A stretch of 64,000 bases of DNA from Isurus oxyrinchus (GCA_026770705.1 JANJGN010000039.1:4216001-4280000), one strand, 5' to 3'; shown: positions 26,330-40,450, counted from the first letter of the stretch. Made by a program: numbers and translations. Notes: generated by a model from the letters alone, not told the origin.

Positions 26330-29300
26330 GAAGCTTCACTCGTTGTTTTGATGAGTGGACTTCAAATTAATAGTTTTCAGACGCCACAACATCTGTGAAT
26401 TGTGATAACAAGCATTCGGTGGCCGTGTGTGTGAAAAGACCAGAAAACATGAAACATAGACTGTTGTGTATGAGCATGTGGGGAGGAGGCCATCCCTGTC
26501 TTCGTGAATAATTAAGTTTGAGTTTTGCAAGGTTGCAAAGGAATTGTAGGGAAATCCGAAATCAAGATATGGAACCGTCTCTAAGTCCGATAGATCGTTG
26601 GAATGAGTCTTGAATTTACCATATGATCAATTGCGCCAATGCCCAGTCTTTCACAAAGCACGTGATCACCAGGCATTCTTTGTTTTAATCATGTGATTTA
26701 TATGGAACTCTGAGTAGCAGCTCATTGTGCAACAGTCGGATATTTGGGGGGAGCCAGGTTTCATGAAACCTGTTCTGAAAACTGCCCCATATATTATTCG
26801 GCCCAGAAGAGACATTGAAGGTTATCTGTGCTGTTTTTCTATGTTACGTTTGTTCGAGTTATTTTGATCCAGCCTGTGATGTATGGGCTGTTGATCAGAG
26901 CATCTGCTCCAATGAGCTCTATGCGATCAGAGACTGGCATCACAATTCAAACTCTCAAACCCTGCAACTATAACCAGGGTTGTTCAGTAATTTTCTTTTT
27001 ATTATTATCATCATGCCTCAAGTCCACCATTTATTATAGAATAAAGTGAAAAGGAGTTCAATTTGAGACTACACCATGAAAGAGTATTTTCACCTGGGAT
27101 GTAATTTTATCCAGAGTCAGCATACATCACTTCAAGTATTTTGCTAATATGACTCCCTTCAGGCACAGTTTTTAAGTCCTCCTGCATATGTCAATTGGTT
27201 TTCAGCTGTAATTTGACTAATTTTACGCACCGTTTCAAAGAGTATTGCATTCCGTTCCTCAGCTCCTCCCTAAACCTAGACTGTGTCAGCACATAAATGA
27301 ATGTATTTGTGCAGCAGCTGAGGGCCCCAAGCATGATTGCAACTGACCCAAGTTCATTAGTGCCAGAATATGAAATGATTGTTGTATGCAGAGAGAAAAC
27401 ATATGCGACTGGAGTTGTCCAAAGCAATATAAAGCTGCCGGTTATACTGAAGAGTAAAATTATGGACTTTCTTCGTCTTTCTATCTCTGGATCATTGTGA
27501 TGCTCTCCATTGCAGCAACCGCGGAGACCCCTGCGAACTCTACTGGCAGCTAAAATACGTCTCACCGTCAAAACATTTAGCAACAAAATTAAAATGAATG
27601 GAACAAGTGGGGTCAAAGTTAGCACAAAGAAATCAAATGCAGCCCATTCAGCAGAACTGAAAAATGTCTGTTTTAGTTTGCAACCGCGAGGTACATTGCC
27701 AATTATATATGCAGGTTCATAAGCAAAATACCAGGGAATGTTTGTCAAACAACTCAAAACACTCACTACTGATATGACAGCTACACCTGTTTTCTCTGTG
27801 CAATATTTTTTTCTCAGTTCCAGACAACATATCGCCACAAAACGATCGAAGGTGAACACCAATGTCAACCAGACAGAGGCTGAAGTGACTACATAAATCA
27901 ATGTCTCCGTTAGATGGCATACCGTGCTCATGGTCAAGAATGAACCCGGAAAATAAATATTCAGCATCTCCTTCAGTATGACTTCAGTACAAATAAACAG
28001 GAGATCAGCCGCTGCCATTGCAATCATATAACATGTAATGCATTTGGAGAGACCACACTTTCTTCTGGAAAGGATGACAATCGCAACAACATTACCTGTA
28101 AGTGAGGAAGAGAGAGAAGGAGATAGAAGTCACAGATGAACAAGGCAACTTCTCTTGCAGTTGCAGCAAAGGCTCATGCATTTCACCTAAACATGCAGGA
28201 CCTGCTTCCCGAGATGAGCATATACTAAATGTGGATTGGACTTAGTAAATGTGGACAGGGAAATGATCATTCCTCTTTTGATAGGAACATCATCAGTTTA
28301 AACTGGGCAACTACTGTGCAATAACGATTGAGCTTCTTGAGCGAGAATGTGATGTGGACAATTTGAAGGTACAAAAACGGCTCGGCATGTTGAACTTTAG
28401 ATAGTAAGTAGGAGGTGTAAAGAGACAACTAATGTGTGAAGGTGCAATATCATTTGGGAAATAAAGACGCAAAATGGAATCTTGGGAAAGCAGAGTTAGA
28501 CTCTGGAAGAGGTAGTCGTGCAATGTGCGCTGCGTGGTTTATGGATGCGGTAAGTATTTGAAATGGTTGCTGTGACACAGGACTCACAGCTCGTACGTAA
28601 ATTGTTGCCCAGCAGCATTGGCATACTCTAAACGCTTGGGAGTGTAAAGATGGAATATTAACTGCACAGGATATGTTAGAATGGTCACTGGGCTACAAAG
28701 AAACACTAGCATAGACGAGGCCGAACAAGGGTTTACCCAGGAGACTTCACAGATCCGGTCCAATGAGAATCAAAACATGGTGACATTTTTATGCAGATTC
28801 TCATTGAAACGTTGTGGTAGGAGATGAGGGCAGATGAGTCAGGTTTTTTTTTAAGGCAAACTCAGTAATGGAAGATTAATATGCAGGCTGGGCATTGTGA
28901 AGGTTTAGGTCAGGTGAATGCATCGCAAATTCATTGCAGAAAAAAAGTGAAGCAATATTTCTTTGCCGACTGTGTATATTTGGTGCTGATCAAGCGGGTA
29001 GTTTAATGGCCGAATGGGAACAGTGACATAGGTATCAGATTAAGTGTGAAATATTTATTGGCCAACGGCAAGGCAGAGTGGGAATTGTGCAGGACCACGC
29101 TTCTTTCTGGACGGACTAGTTTAAATTGCAGTGAATGGATATCGCAAAAAACAGGGACAATAGGACTCGCAGCGATACAGGACACATTGTTAAAGTGTAG
29201 CAAGCAATTCGAAGATGGGATTCCAGTGTGTTTAAAATCAACTATCTATTCTGGGGAGACAGGGGTACGTTCCCATTGATTGCTGAGCTGTATATCAAAG

Positions 29301-32231
29301 CACTTTTTTTTCCGAAAGGGCATAAGGGAGTCACTTGCATGTCATTCACAATATCTGTGAGAAATGATTTGAAATGTGAAGCTGAACACTGACACTTGCA
29401 GGACACCAAGGGCAAAAGTTCCAAGTCGACATGGACCGTGACGGGCCCATCGATTTGAGTAGATAGATCTTTTTAGGTCTAATATATGATTAGAAGAGCA
29501 AAACAATGAAGTGTCGAAAAATTGATGATAATGATCTAACTCCTAACATATGCATGGTTAAATTATCATACGTTGCAGCTATTTTCATTTTAGATTGTTT
29601 CGGATCATACCATCCTTCAATTTTAGCAATATTTGGTAAAATGCATATTTATTTTTCAAAATGCAAGAACATTTTTGTGAATTAGCTATCTAATTCAATG
29701 ATCTGTTACTATACAGAAGACTAAACTGAAAGATTTCTACTAATTACTGATTAAATCCAATAAGCTTTGTAAATCAAGCGAAATTGATGTGAGCCTCAGA
29801 AAATAGTGCCTGCATCAACGTTTCTGTTGTTTAACTAATAAAACTCCGTTGAATTTTTGAAGAATGGAGTTTCTCAGTGAATCTCAATGAACCTATTTGT
29901 TGCTGCCATACATTTACTAAGTTCATGCACATGTTCATTTATTTATTATCTGCATTTCAAAGCAAGTTAAATAACTCTAATAATTAATATCCAAAGTAAG
30001 TAATTGTTCGCTTCCTAAATTGTGTTTGTGGTTCTGATGCCTATGGTGTAGGATAGGATTTCATGGCTTTTGCAAGGGTACAGAATAGATTTTCGTATGA
30101 AATCTCTGGTTAGACTCAGGATGCCCAAATTCAGGAATATAAAATGCACATTCTCACAAGGAAGGGATGAGTTCAATGAAGTACTAAGTGCTTTGAAGGC
30201 TTTGCAACCTGGAGCAGACAGAAAGTGTAGCTTCTGCAAACTTGTATTTGGGAAAACATCAATGCAATGGAGCAATGTCTATAAACGGGGTGTTGAATTA
30301 ACATTTTGGATCATATTAATTCCTGAGGATGTTCATTAATTTTTTACATGAGCTTTGAAAAAAGAAAGTGGTATTAGTCAGATAAAGATAAACAGAATTT
30401 TACATTTCTGTATCAGCTTGTAAGTTAGATTTATGTTCATTTATCATAAACAAATTATTCCCTGAACAAATCTAGTATTGATATCCTTACAATGGCATGA
30501 ATTTTCACTCAGAGTCATAAATATCAATTCGCTTTTTTGAATTAAACAGAGATGGTTAACCAGATTATTAGCACTTGAACCTGTACTTGACAGAACTGTA
30601 AATAAGAAAACAGTTAAAAGTAGGAAAAAGACAGTAATTTTAACAATTATATATTGAAGCAGCAAATGTTTGAACAAATTAATTATCAAAACTAATATCC
30701 AATAAATTATCCACATGTTTCTAGAAGTTTCTTCTACATTAAACATTGAAATGCCCCAGGAATGAACCACAGAATTTTCTAACGAATTCAACGGTGAATT
30801 ATCCAAACCATTGTACATCATTTTATCTGTGAAATTAAGTGTACAGATATCAAGTATATTATCCACATAAGCCCCTGATCAAATAACTCGAGAATTGAAC
30901 ATTTATATAGGCTGCACAATTGCTATCTGAAAATGCAATCTGCTTCTCTTATTGATTTGCTATTTGTGAAAAGAAACATAGAGCAGGTTCAATGCACATT
31001 GACCTGTATGCCTTTTGGAGTGGTTTCCGTAAATACCCCAGTCTGATGAACTACAGAGCGATTTAGTTTCTGCCACTTTCCTAACTCTATGTCACTTCAG
31101 GAGCGTTGTTTGCTTCGTAATGTAAGCACAAATTAACATTTATCTGTGGCATCATTTGTATGCAATGCAGATCCTAAAGTTCAAATTCATTTTAGGGACG
31201 TTGTGAATGTTCTGGCTAAAGCAACACTGAGTGAGATCCACTGAACAGTGTTTTTGGTTATGACACATTTCTGCAGACTCGGTAGCAACACTAACAGTAG
31301 AAAGACAGGCCAAGACACCCGGTGCAGGTTAAAAACACTGAAAATGATTTACGTTCATAAAGCAACGTTACATCAAGTAGGCATCAGACTGGATTTCACG
31401 TTTTTCGGCGTTGTGATATTGGGTAAATGCAAAATGAGTGGCCTACTCCCTCTTGTCCCACTCATCCTCCCTTAGGCGGCCTCCACCTCGTCAATCCATC
31501 CAATTCCGGGGAAGAGGCAATGAAAGGTGCAAAATTGTGTCCGCATCCAATCGGCAGTGAACGCCTGGACGTCATGCAGCAGAGTGTAATGCTGTGAACA
31601 GACAGTCGCTATGGCTACAAGCTCAAAACAACCTATACTCAGACATTTTTTTGAAAAATACTTTTCATTCAATGCTCAGGCAAGAAACGAAAAAGTGAGA
31701 AAAAAAGCATGAAGATGATGCATCTTCTCCAGCACAATCTGCTGCTGCATTCGATCATGCTCCTGGAGGCAGGAGTTCCCCACCGCTCTTTGCCCGTCTC
31801 ACAATAGCTGCACAAAAACACTTATTTTTCTCATCCGAGCCACAGCAAATGCAATGCACCAAACAGGACAACATACGATTGGTTTACTGACAAGCTCAAT
31901 AACCTGTTAATAAGTAACTTGAGAATGGTTGACCCGCCCATTCTCCATCTGCAATTGGGGAGAACTAACTACACGACACCATTATACTCGATGCAGGTAT
32001 CTGATATTTGTGCCGATTCAACATTTTCGATGGGGGTGGGTGATGCTGGGGAGTGAGGGTGGTAAGCGGGGTGGGTGCGAGGGGTGATGGGGAGTGTGAG
32101 TGTGTAGGTTTGAGCTGCAATTTGAGGAGAAATGTCCAGCCCATCGTTTCGGCTACAGATTTAGGTATTCAGGAACGAATTGAAGATATACATCCTCAGT
32201 TGGGAACCAGACTACTGCGAAAGGATTTGAA
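26330..32231 (+). repeat. Tandem duplication unit B (~5.9 kb)
   Basis: Near-identical to 20421-26320. A 9-nt filler ctgttgtgt (26321-26329) lies between the units. Confidence 0.95.
27191..28095 (-). CDS. Intact coding exon 2 (copy B) of a GPR139/GPR142-like GPCR; joined to exon 1 at 37033-37102 it gives a 324-aa 7TM receptor
   Basis: Same acceptor (cttacag|GTAAT). 905 nt + 70 nt = 975 nt in frame, junction codon G|GT = Gly. Same motifs as copy A. AATAAA at 27030-27035. Confidence 0.9.
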
Positions 32232-32399
32232 TTAAAACATGCATGTTGCAGTCTGTCTTAGTTTAGTGCTACAAAGTAAACATACAGGAACGTCCTTTCG
32301 TATCAAATGACAAACACATTCATAGATCCGGCATTATGCAGCACTTTCTTTTTGGGAAATCATTGGTAGGATCAGCATTTTTCCGAGAGCAGATATTAT

Positions 32400-35330
32400 T
32401 CTTCTTGCTGTCCATGTGATGCGGTTGCACACACAGTGTTACGAGTGATGGATTTACAGGTGTTTGATCCAGTGGCATTCAGGGAACGCTGATGTGTCTC
32501 GGAGTCAGTATGGGGTGTGACTTGGAAACGATTTTGCAATAAGAGTGTTCCCATGCCACTTCTGCTCGTATCCTTCCAGGCTTTCGAAGTGAAGTGCTCG
32601 AAAGGATTACTTTTGCCGACACCTGTCATATATCAGGAGTTGCTGCAATCATACCTAACAACGGGGCTTTGACCTGGTGAATTGTGAGACAGGACGACTT
32701 GCATGCAGAGCAGTGGATGCAGAATGTGATTGACAGGGTTAATTGATCCAACCAGCAAATAACGTTAACTTAGCTCTGAAGTTCTGCTCATGCCATCTTG
32801 AATGATGTTGGACAGAGCAGCGAATCAAGGGTGGTGGACACCCCACCAACATCCACATCGACAATGATTGTGGGGCGCAGCACATCAGTGCATACACATG
32901 GCTCAAGAACTTGCTGCCATATTCAGACTGACATGAAGGGAGGGTGAATCATCCCGTCCGCCTTCTGAGGATGAGAGCGTCACAGATGCCAATTTTGAGC
33001 TAATGTGATTCACTGCCCTTCATCTAAAGGAATGACTGAAGGAACGGGATGATGCAGAGATTATGGGTCCTGTCAGATACCGGCAATCGTCCGGGTGATC
33101 AGTGCTCCCGAATAAATCTTCCTAGATAACCTGGTATAGGACAGCTAAAACACTGGCATCTAAGCGAAAATGTAAGCAGTCACACAGCTGGGTCTATCCA
33201 CAAAAACAAAACTCGTCAAATCGGACCAATAATTACCCCCTTATCCCCTATTCTTCATCATGAACATATTGATGGAATCGGTCACGGGCATTGCTTTCAA
33301 ACGCCACGTACTAGCGAGCAACATGCTCACTGACGACCATTTTCTGCTTCGTATGAGCTCCAACTCTCGGTTCGGCCTTAAACCGAACATGGTCAAAAGT
33401 GCTGAATTCACGAGGGGAGTGGAGAGCGGATGTTATTTACATCAAGACAACATTTGACATTCTGTGGTAAGAAGGAGATATATCAGGATTCAGGTCAATA
33501 AACATAATGGGGAAGCATCTCCATTGATTGCTGTCATACCTATCACAAAGAAGACTTTTTTTGTTTTGTTTCTCAGGTGAATCATCTCATCCCGATGAAA
33601 GCACTGCACGAGATCCTATGGGCAGTGTCCTGAGTCAAACCACCTTAATCTGCTTCATCAATTAACTTCTTTGCAACATATGCCCAGAGGAAGTCTTATG
33701 GTAGCAGAGTGAGTGGCAGGAGTGTCCGCTGATGATTGTTTAAATTTCAAAACCATTCGCGACTCAACAGATGCTGAAGAAATCTTGCCCGTGTCCACCA
33801 AGACCTGGGCAATATCGAGGATTCTGCTGAAAACTGACAAGTCATATTAGACACACAACCGACAGGAAATGACCACCTACGAAAAAAAAAGTGTTCAACA
33901 ATTTCTCACAGATACTTAATGGTATCACCATCGTTTAATTCTCCATTTTGAAGATCCACGGAAAAAACATTGACTAGAAACTGTGACTAGAAGCGCAAGT
34001 CAGGACTGGGAATTCCGTGGCGAGGACATACCCGCCTGACTCTGCAAAACCTTCACTCCATCTATAATGTACAATTCAGGAAACTACTGGAATAAACAAC
34101 AGTTTTCTGGATGAGTTCTGCTTCAATAATATTCAACAATATTGAACTAATCCACGGCAAATCAGGCTGCTTGTTTGACAACTAATGCTTAGCTTTAATG
34201 ATTCAAGCTGTTTATCTCTAGCGAATAGCTATTCTTACTGGTTTTAAAGTTCATCTAAACCATCAGCCAACACCTGAGGAAAATAACTTCATCGAAAACG
34301 GGAATTTAGGCTTCTCCCAATTCCATTGTTGCTTTCCTAAATATCATTTGGCCACGCCTCTCCGTTCACTGATCACCATTTTTCAGAGCACTAAGAGCAC
34401 GGGAAACTTATATTCAACCTCATGGCATTATGTAAAACACGGGCACTGAATATTCCCTTATGTTGACCACCTCCCGTTCCCCTCAGATGATGAATGAATG
34501 AGCATCCATGGACGAATCATAGAATCACAGAATCACAGTGCACAAGAGGCACTTCAGCCCTTCGAGTCTGCACTGGCATGTGCAAAACACCTGTCCTGAC
34601 TACTTAATTACATTTACCAGAAATTGACACATAGCCTTGAAGGTATTGATGTGCCAAGTGCTCATCCAGTTACTTTTTAAAGGATGTGTGGCAATTTGTC
34701 TCTACCACCCTGCCAGGCAGCGCATTAGAGACATTCAACAAACTCAGGGGAAAAAGGTTTTTCCTCCGATCCCTCCTAAATTACCTGCACCTCACGCTTA
34801 ACCTATGCACTCTTGTGGGGCATAAAACGAAGTTTTGGTGAGTGGCAAGAAACAAAAACTATTGTATGCAGGTGCTGTCATCGTCTATGACCAAGACAGG
34901 TTCGGTAGCACCACTAACGGCCGATCAGGCCGAGTCAGACATATAACCGCTGGATTGGGTCTTTGGAAGGTGATCAGGGAACCAACAAGGTGCAAAGACC
35001 GAAATGAACACGCCTCACCAAAAGTCAAGCAACATATGCACCTGCCCATTACAGGAATGATAGGATAGGCCACCGCATGCTCCTTGTGCAGACGTAGTCG
35101 GCCTTCACATTGGAAAGTTCCTCCATCGTATAATGTGACACCACCTTTGTGCGATATGGGGTAGTTTTCAATCTGATCAGCAACATAAAAGTGGGCATTC
35201 ATTAGGCAATTTGTGCCATATGCTAGACCAGGGATGTGCACAACCATAATTTGCAATTCCAAACCCAATCTATCTCCAACTCCTCAATTTTCATGTGGCA
35301 TTATTATGGTGATGGTTGTGGTGCAGGACA
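32400..35330. mobile_element. Nested, degenerate CR1/L2-type LINE fragments in intron 1 (paralogous blocks at ~45760-48400 inverted and ~59870-62460)
   Basis: Endonuclease-like GSTTNGRSGRVRHITAGLGLWKVIREPTR (ORF 34835-35068) and RT remnants at 33260-33840. A CR1-type (ATTCTRTG)n tail is read as aatcatagaatcacagaatcacag at ~34516. Confidence 0.7.
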
Positions 35331-37032
35331 GGCATTCCAAATTCTCCTTTTGGCGTGAGATTTTGCGCTGTTGTTATAGCTGTGCTACAATGATTGTTAA
35401 CCAGATAAGTCCTTGAATTACTGGGAGTTAGCTGGGATATTCCAATGTGGTGACATTGACGAGACTGAACCTATGCTTTCTGGAGCTTTGCCAAATGAGA
35501 AATGATCTCACTGAATCATAGACCGTTCTTACAGGGTTCGATGTTATAGATGTTGGAGGGATGTGCCCCTGGCTGATGTGTCTAATATCATGAGAATCAG
35601 TATCAGAATAACAGGTGTGCATTTAGGGCCGATATGAGGGGGAATTTCTTCACTCAGAGAGCAGCGAATGTTTGAAATTATGTCTCCCAACAGCGGCAGA
35701 GGCTCAGTCATTGGGAATGTTGAAGGCAGAGCGATGAACCATTTTCTAAATGTTAAATGCGTCCAGAGATATGCGATAGTGCAAGGAAATGAATTGAATG
35801 CATGTTTACAGCCATGATATAATTGAGTAGTTGAACAAGCTCAAGTGGCCAAATTGTTAACTTGTGCTCCCACTGCCTCTGCCTCTATGCTCTTTTGTCA
35901 GAACCTGCATGTCACTTAGCAATGCGAGATTCAAAAAGAGACAGGGGAGTCCGAAAATGCTTTAATCCAACTAATTTCAATCCTCAATACAAATCAATTG
36001 TACTTGCAAGTTTGATTTACATCAGCAGGTAGTGGAGGACGAGAAATTGAATGGAGCAGAATATGCAGAACCAAATAACTACTTGCGGTGTGTAGATGTT
36101 TCAAAATCGGGCCACTTATGGCTCAGTCAGTTGAAATCTCCGTGCTGAGATAGATGTTTAACGATTTGCTTCCGGCACCAGGACTTCAGAACAAAGTTCT
36201 CGGCTAATGTTCCAATGTCTTAGTAAATTAATTCTGCACTTCCACAAGCAGAACCTTTAAGAAAAGATGTCAAATTGATTCACGAGGAAAACGTAAAAAG
36301 ATTCAATTCCACTTTTTCCAGGAGCAACATTGTTGTAGCCCCCTGTGTCCTGAACGAAATTTATACCTCAGCTAAAATCCACAAAATAATACAATCCGGT
36401 CATTGTTAACATTATGTCTATGGAAGCTTAAAGAGCACAAATCACGCTTACTTTAAGTAATTCCATCAATGTGTTCGTGAACAAAGGCTGTTGAAAATCA
36501 TTTGTATCAATATACAAGTGAGTAAGACTTCAGAATGTCTTAATCACACACAGCATCGTGATTCAGCCAAGTTTTCAGATTTCGTAACTTCACACTGATT
36601 TGTAAAAATATCGCTGTTAAAAAGTACGTGATTTGACAGGGATCCTGTTGCTTGCGATATTGGAAAACAGGGGAAAACCGTGAGCAAACACTTTCAAATA
36701 GTTCAAGCTGAATTCTGCAGAATGCGAATTTGCCCTTGCATTGATTTTCATAGACACGTCTTATCTCCAAGTTTAAAGACGGTCTGCACTTGGTCATGAC
36801 AATTATTGCAGAGCGCACCCAAATTCAAGAAATTCCCCAAAGAATAAATACGGTGTCAACACTCTAGAATGATGCATGAAAGATGAAGCAATAGTAAGAA
36901 AACAGTTAACGTGACACCTAAACTTTGATAACTCTCCAACAGAAAAGGAACGGTTTCACGTTACCAGCAACACCATTTGAGAAGAAAGTCAATATTCATT
37001 TATACGTCCACTGATTGTGTTTAGGCTCTTAC

Positions 37033-37102
37033 CAGGTACACCAACAGCTGCGAGAATCGGGTAGTAAATGGCTTCTATCTTGAGAAGTATCAGTTCTCCC
37101 AT
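37033..37102 (-). CDS. Coding exon 1 of a GPR139/GPR142-like GPCR gene (MGELILLKIEAIYYPILAAVGVP + 1 nt)
   Basis: ATG GGA GAA CTG ... GGT GTA CCT G|GTAAGA. Its phase-1 donor matches the phase-1 acceptors at 28095 and 22186. Confidence 0.85.
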
Positions 37103-39049
37103 TTTTATGAGAAGCTGTCTTTCCTCCTGAGATGGGTAAAAAAGGATGGAATGGAACGATGTGAGCTGGAACTTACAAACATACCCTTCTCCTTTGAATT
37201 AATATCAGAAACTTAAAATAAACAATTTAACATCACTGCCGAGACTCGGAAGGAGATATCACATTAATTAACCCCAGAATATAAGGGGAAAACTCTCACC
37301 AAAGCATTCGTAACAGGGAAGAGAGAAAACCTGCTACATTTTACAGACATGAAGCCCTGTACATAAACACCCAAACCCACGTCCGCTACCACCTAGAAAG
37401 ACAAAGGTAACATAGACATGAGAAAGCCACCACCAGTAGCTCCTCTCCAAACCCCTCACCGACGGATTTGGAAATATATCACTGTTCCTTCACTGCCTCT
37501 GTGTCAAAGTACTGGACCTCCCCCTTATAACACAGACTACAGCAGCTCAAAAACGCATCTCACTACCATCTTTTCAAGGACAAATAGGGATGGACAATAA
37601 AAGCTGGCCTCGCCAGCTTCGCCCACATTCAATGAATGGATAGAATAAGAGAAATTCCTATTGTTAGCCTGGGTTTGTGAAAATAAACGTACATTAGACA
37701 ACGAGAACTTCGACAATTGGTTTGTAAATGTCCCGTATCTGACAAATTGCAATAAAGGCTATTTGCTGTGAGAAGCGCTAATTGAAGCAGAATCACTGAG
37801 TCTTTTGGAGAACATGAAATGATCCGTTCAGAGAAACTGTTATTTATACAACAGTTAAATCCCCATTAGCTCATTCATGTTCCCTGAAGAAATAAATCAA
37901 TTTCAGTCATTGAAGAAGCAGGTTACGTCAGTCTCTCTCCTTGTGAAAGCAACCACTTCAAAGTGAAACGTCCAATATTGGACCGATGTCTGTGGTCAAA
38001 CCAGTGGAAGGGGCTGCATGTTTTGATCAATGGGTAAATATTATCGGAGGTGGTCAGGGCAGGAAAAGATTAAACCACGAGTCGCTGTTGCGGGGAAAGT
38101 CATCACTAATTTACATCAAAATGAAGCTTAGCAACTCAATGTTCCTGATCCTCCAGACCTAATGGGGAAATTTCAGATGTTCCCCATTGTTTTGAGTTTC
38201 TGGTCTCATTCTATGTTCCAACAAGGCACTGTGTGATCCTTGTCATTGACTTTCAAGCTCCCAGATGGAAGACGTACGCTGCACTGATCATTCCATGGAT
38301 TACGCTGGCACTGACAACTCCATCGGTTACTAGGCCTACAATCCATGGCGTTGCATAGAAATTTGCGCCCTTCCACCTGGAAGTTATAAATACACGCGGA
38401 GGACGTGGAGGGTTTGTCTTGGTTAATTATGTGATGTGTAACACAAGCTGTATGGAGAAGGAGTTTCTTTTCTCAACCAGAATACTTCAAAATAAAGTGT
38501 TCAAGATGATTCCGATCCCATAAATGCTCAATATCCATTCCTGAAGCAGCCAATCATGCTACAGCACCCACTCACATATTCCATCCAGAGAGATGTTTGG
38601 GCTGATTGAAAAACGATTTTTTCTATAAAATTGTATGATAACGAGAGTACAACGCTGGGAGAATATTTCACGTTGAACATTGAACCCTTGGCCCTCAAAT
38701 GTCTTCTGCCGACTGTCATTGTCCTATTGAGTCACTCATTACAATGAACCCGAAATGTCGTCGCCTCCAGCTGTTGGTTCATGCTGCATTTCATACATGG
38801 CCAACAACACAAGAATTAAGGGCAGGAGTAGGGCATTCGCTCCCTTGAGTCTGTGCTGCAGCTCGGAAAGAAAATGATTTTACCTGATCGTGGCCTCAGC
38901 TCCATTTTCCTGCCTGCACTCCTCCAACTAGCATCACACACCCTACCCCTCCACTGCCCCCTGAAAACACACACATACATCCTCATGACCCCAATATCCA
39001 TTATTCGTCAATAAGCTATCCAAATCACTCTTGAATGTGAGGCCTCCCT

Positions 39050-40450
39050 GAAAAGTTGAAAAAGAGGATCTGTGTCATTTGTGCTTTTGATGATGACCTG
39101 ATAAACAGAGTGATGCAAAGTGGTTCGTCAGTGTGGACCCCTTTCAAGTGACCTGCGGCGCTAAGTAAGACGCTGTTCATGGCTTCAGCTCTCTTTGTCA
39201 TATACTTGGAAGCCATTCTCCACTATGCACTCAAGGAGCTTGACATAGGTTTGTATTTTCATTTCAGGACAAACGCCAAAGTTTGCAAAGAGCCAAGAGC
39301 AAAACCTTGTAATTGGTGACTGAACAGCGACTGAGTGAAGTCTTATTCGTGGACCACTGTGCTTTCATAGGGCAGAATACGGAGACATCCAGCTGCGTGT
39401 TGACTCAGAACACTTTCGATTAACAGTATACCTGCAGATAGAGAAGCTGTATCAAATCACCGCTGGTCACTTGATCCAAGAAGCCACAGCTGCTCTGAAC
39501 AAAACACCCCTCTGTTCTGTGAGGAAGTTTGCTAACTCGGCAGCATGCTCTCCAAGAGAACTAACAATGAGCAAATAAAAAATCACCTGACATAAATGAG
39601 TTCGGCATTGGTCAGGCTGCACTTCAGTCTGGAAGAAAAACATGGAGCTTCCCTCAGATGGAAGATCAAAGCCTATCAAACGCTGTTTTTTTTATTGTGT
39701 TTTTTTATTTGCAACACCATTGGACTCATGTGGAGAATGCCAACATTCCACAGGCCTCAATAGGTTAACACAGGAAGCTGCACGACGGGTTGTCTCAAAT
39801 CTAAAAGGCAAACCCAGAGATTGGAAGCTGCGTCACAGTGAATGGGGTCATAATACTCCCTTGCTAACAGCCCTGTGGCTCACCTGCACCATATGAACCG
39901 TCCGCCCGGCACACTGGAATCCTGATGCTAAACTACACGGTGCACAGGCCTCCTTCAGGCGACAGGCACTGTGCGGATGGAGGATTGTCGACAGGTGCAA
40001 GGCTGTGATATCTGGATACCTTTGATACCAGCTAAAATTCTGCATAAATGCGGCAGATGTATGGCGGTCGCCGGACACATGTTTCGGGAAAGGGGTAACT
40101 ACCGGCAGCTGCATCTGCCACTGAGCAGTCCTTGTCCAAAGGGTGGACAAATATAAAGTTATCAGTGCACGCTCAATGTCGCCGTAAAGCACGGAGGCAT
40201 TAACACCAGTGAGCAGGTTGAGAATGCTGCCGATCTCTCGGCCTGGCACCATCTGGTCCAGCAAGGCTAAAACCAGTTTGCAGCTCAGCGACTCGACAGA
40301 GAATTGGAAGGGCAGAGGCACAGGAAGCAGAAGAAACCCAAAATGGGCCAAAAGCGAGCCCTACGGCGGATGGACATGTAGGTCCAGAATTGGGCTTCTC
40401 AGTCATCTGAATTCTCCATGAGCCTGAAGGAGCTGGATTACAAGGAACGG
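39050..40450 (+). mobile_element. Degenerate RTE-clade LINE fragment including its 3' region
   Basis: Paralog of 3340-4450. The 3' part encodes CRSRIGLLSH (ORF 40209-40421), typical of an RTE C-terminus. Confidence 0.7.
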
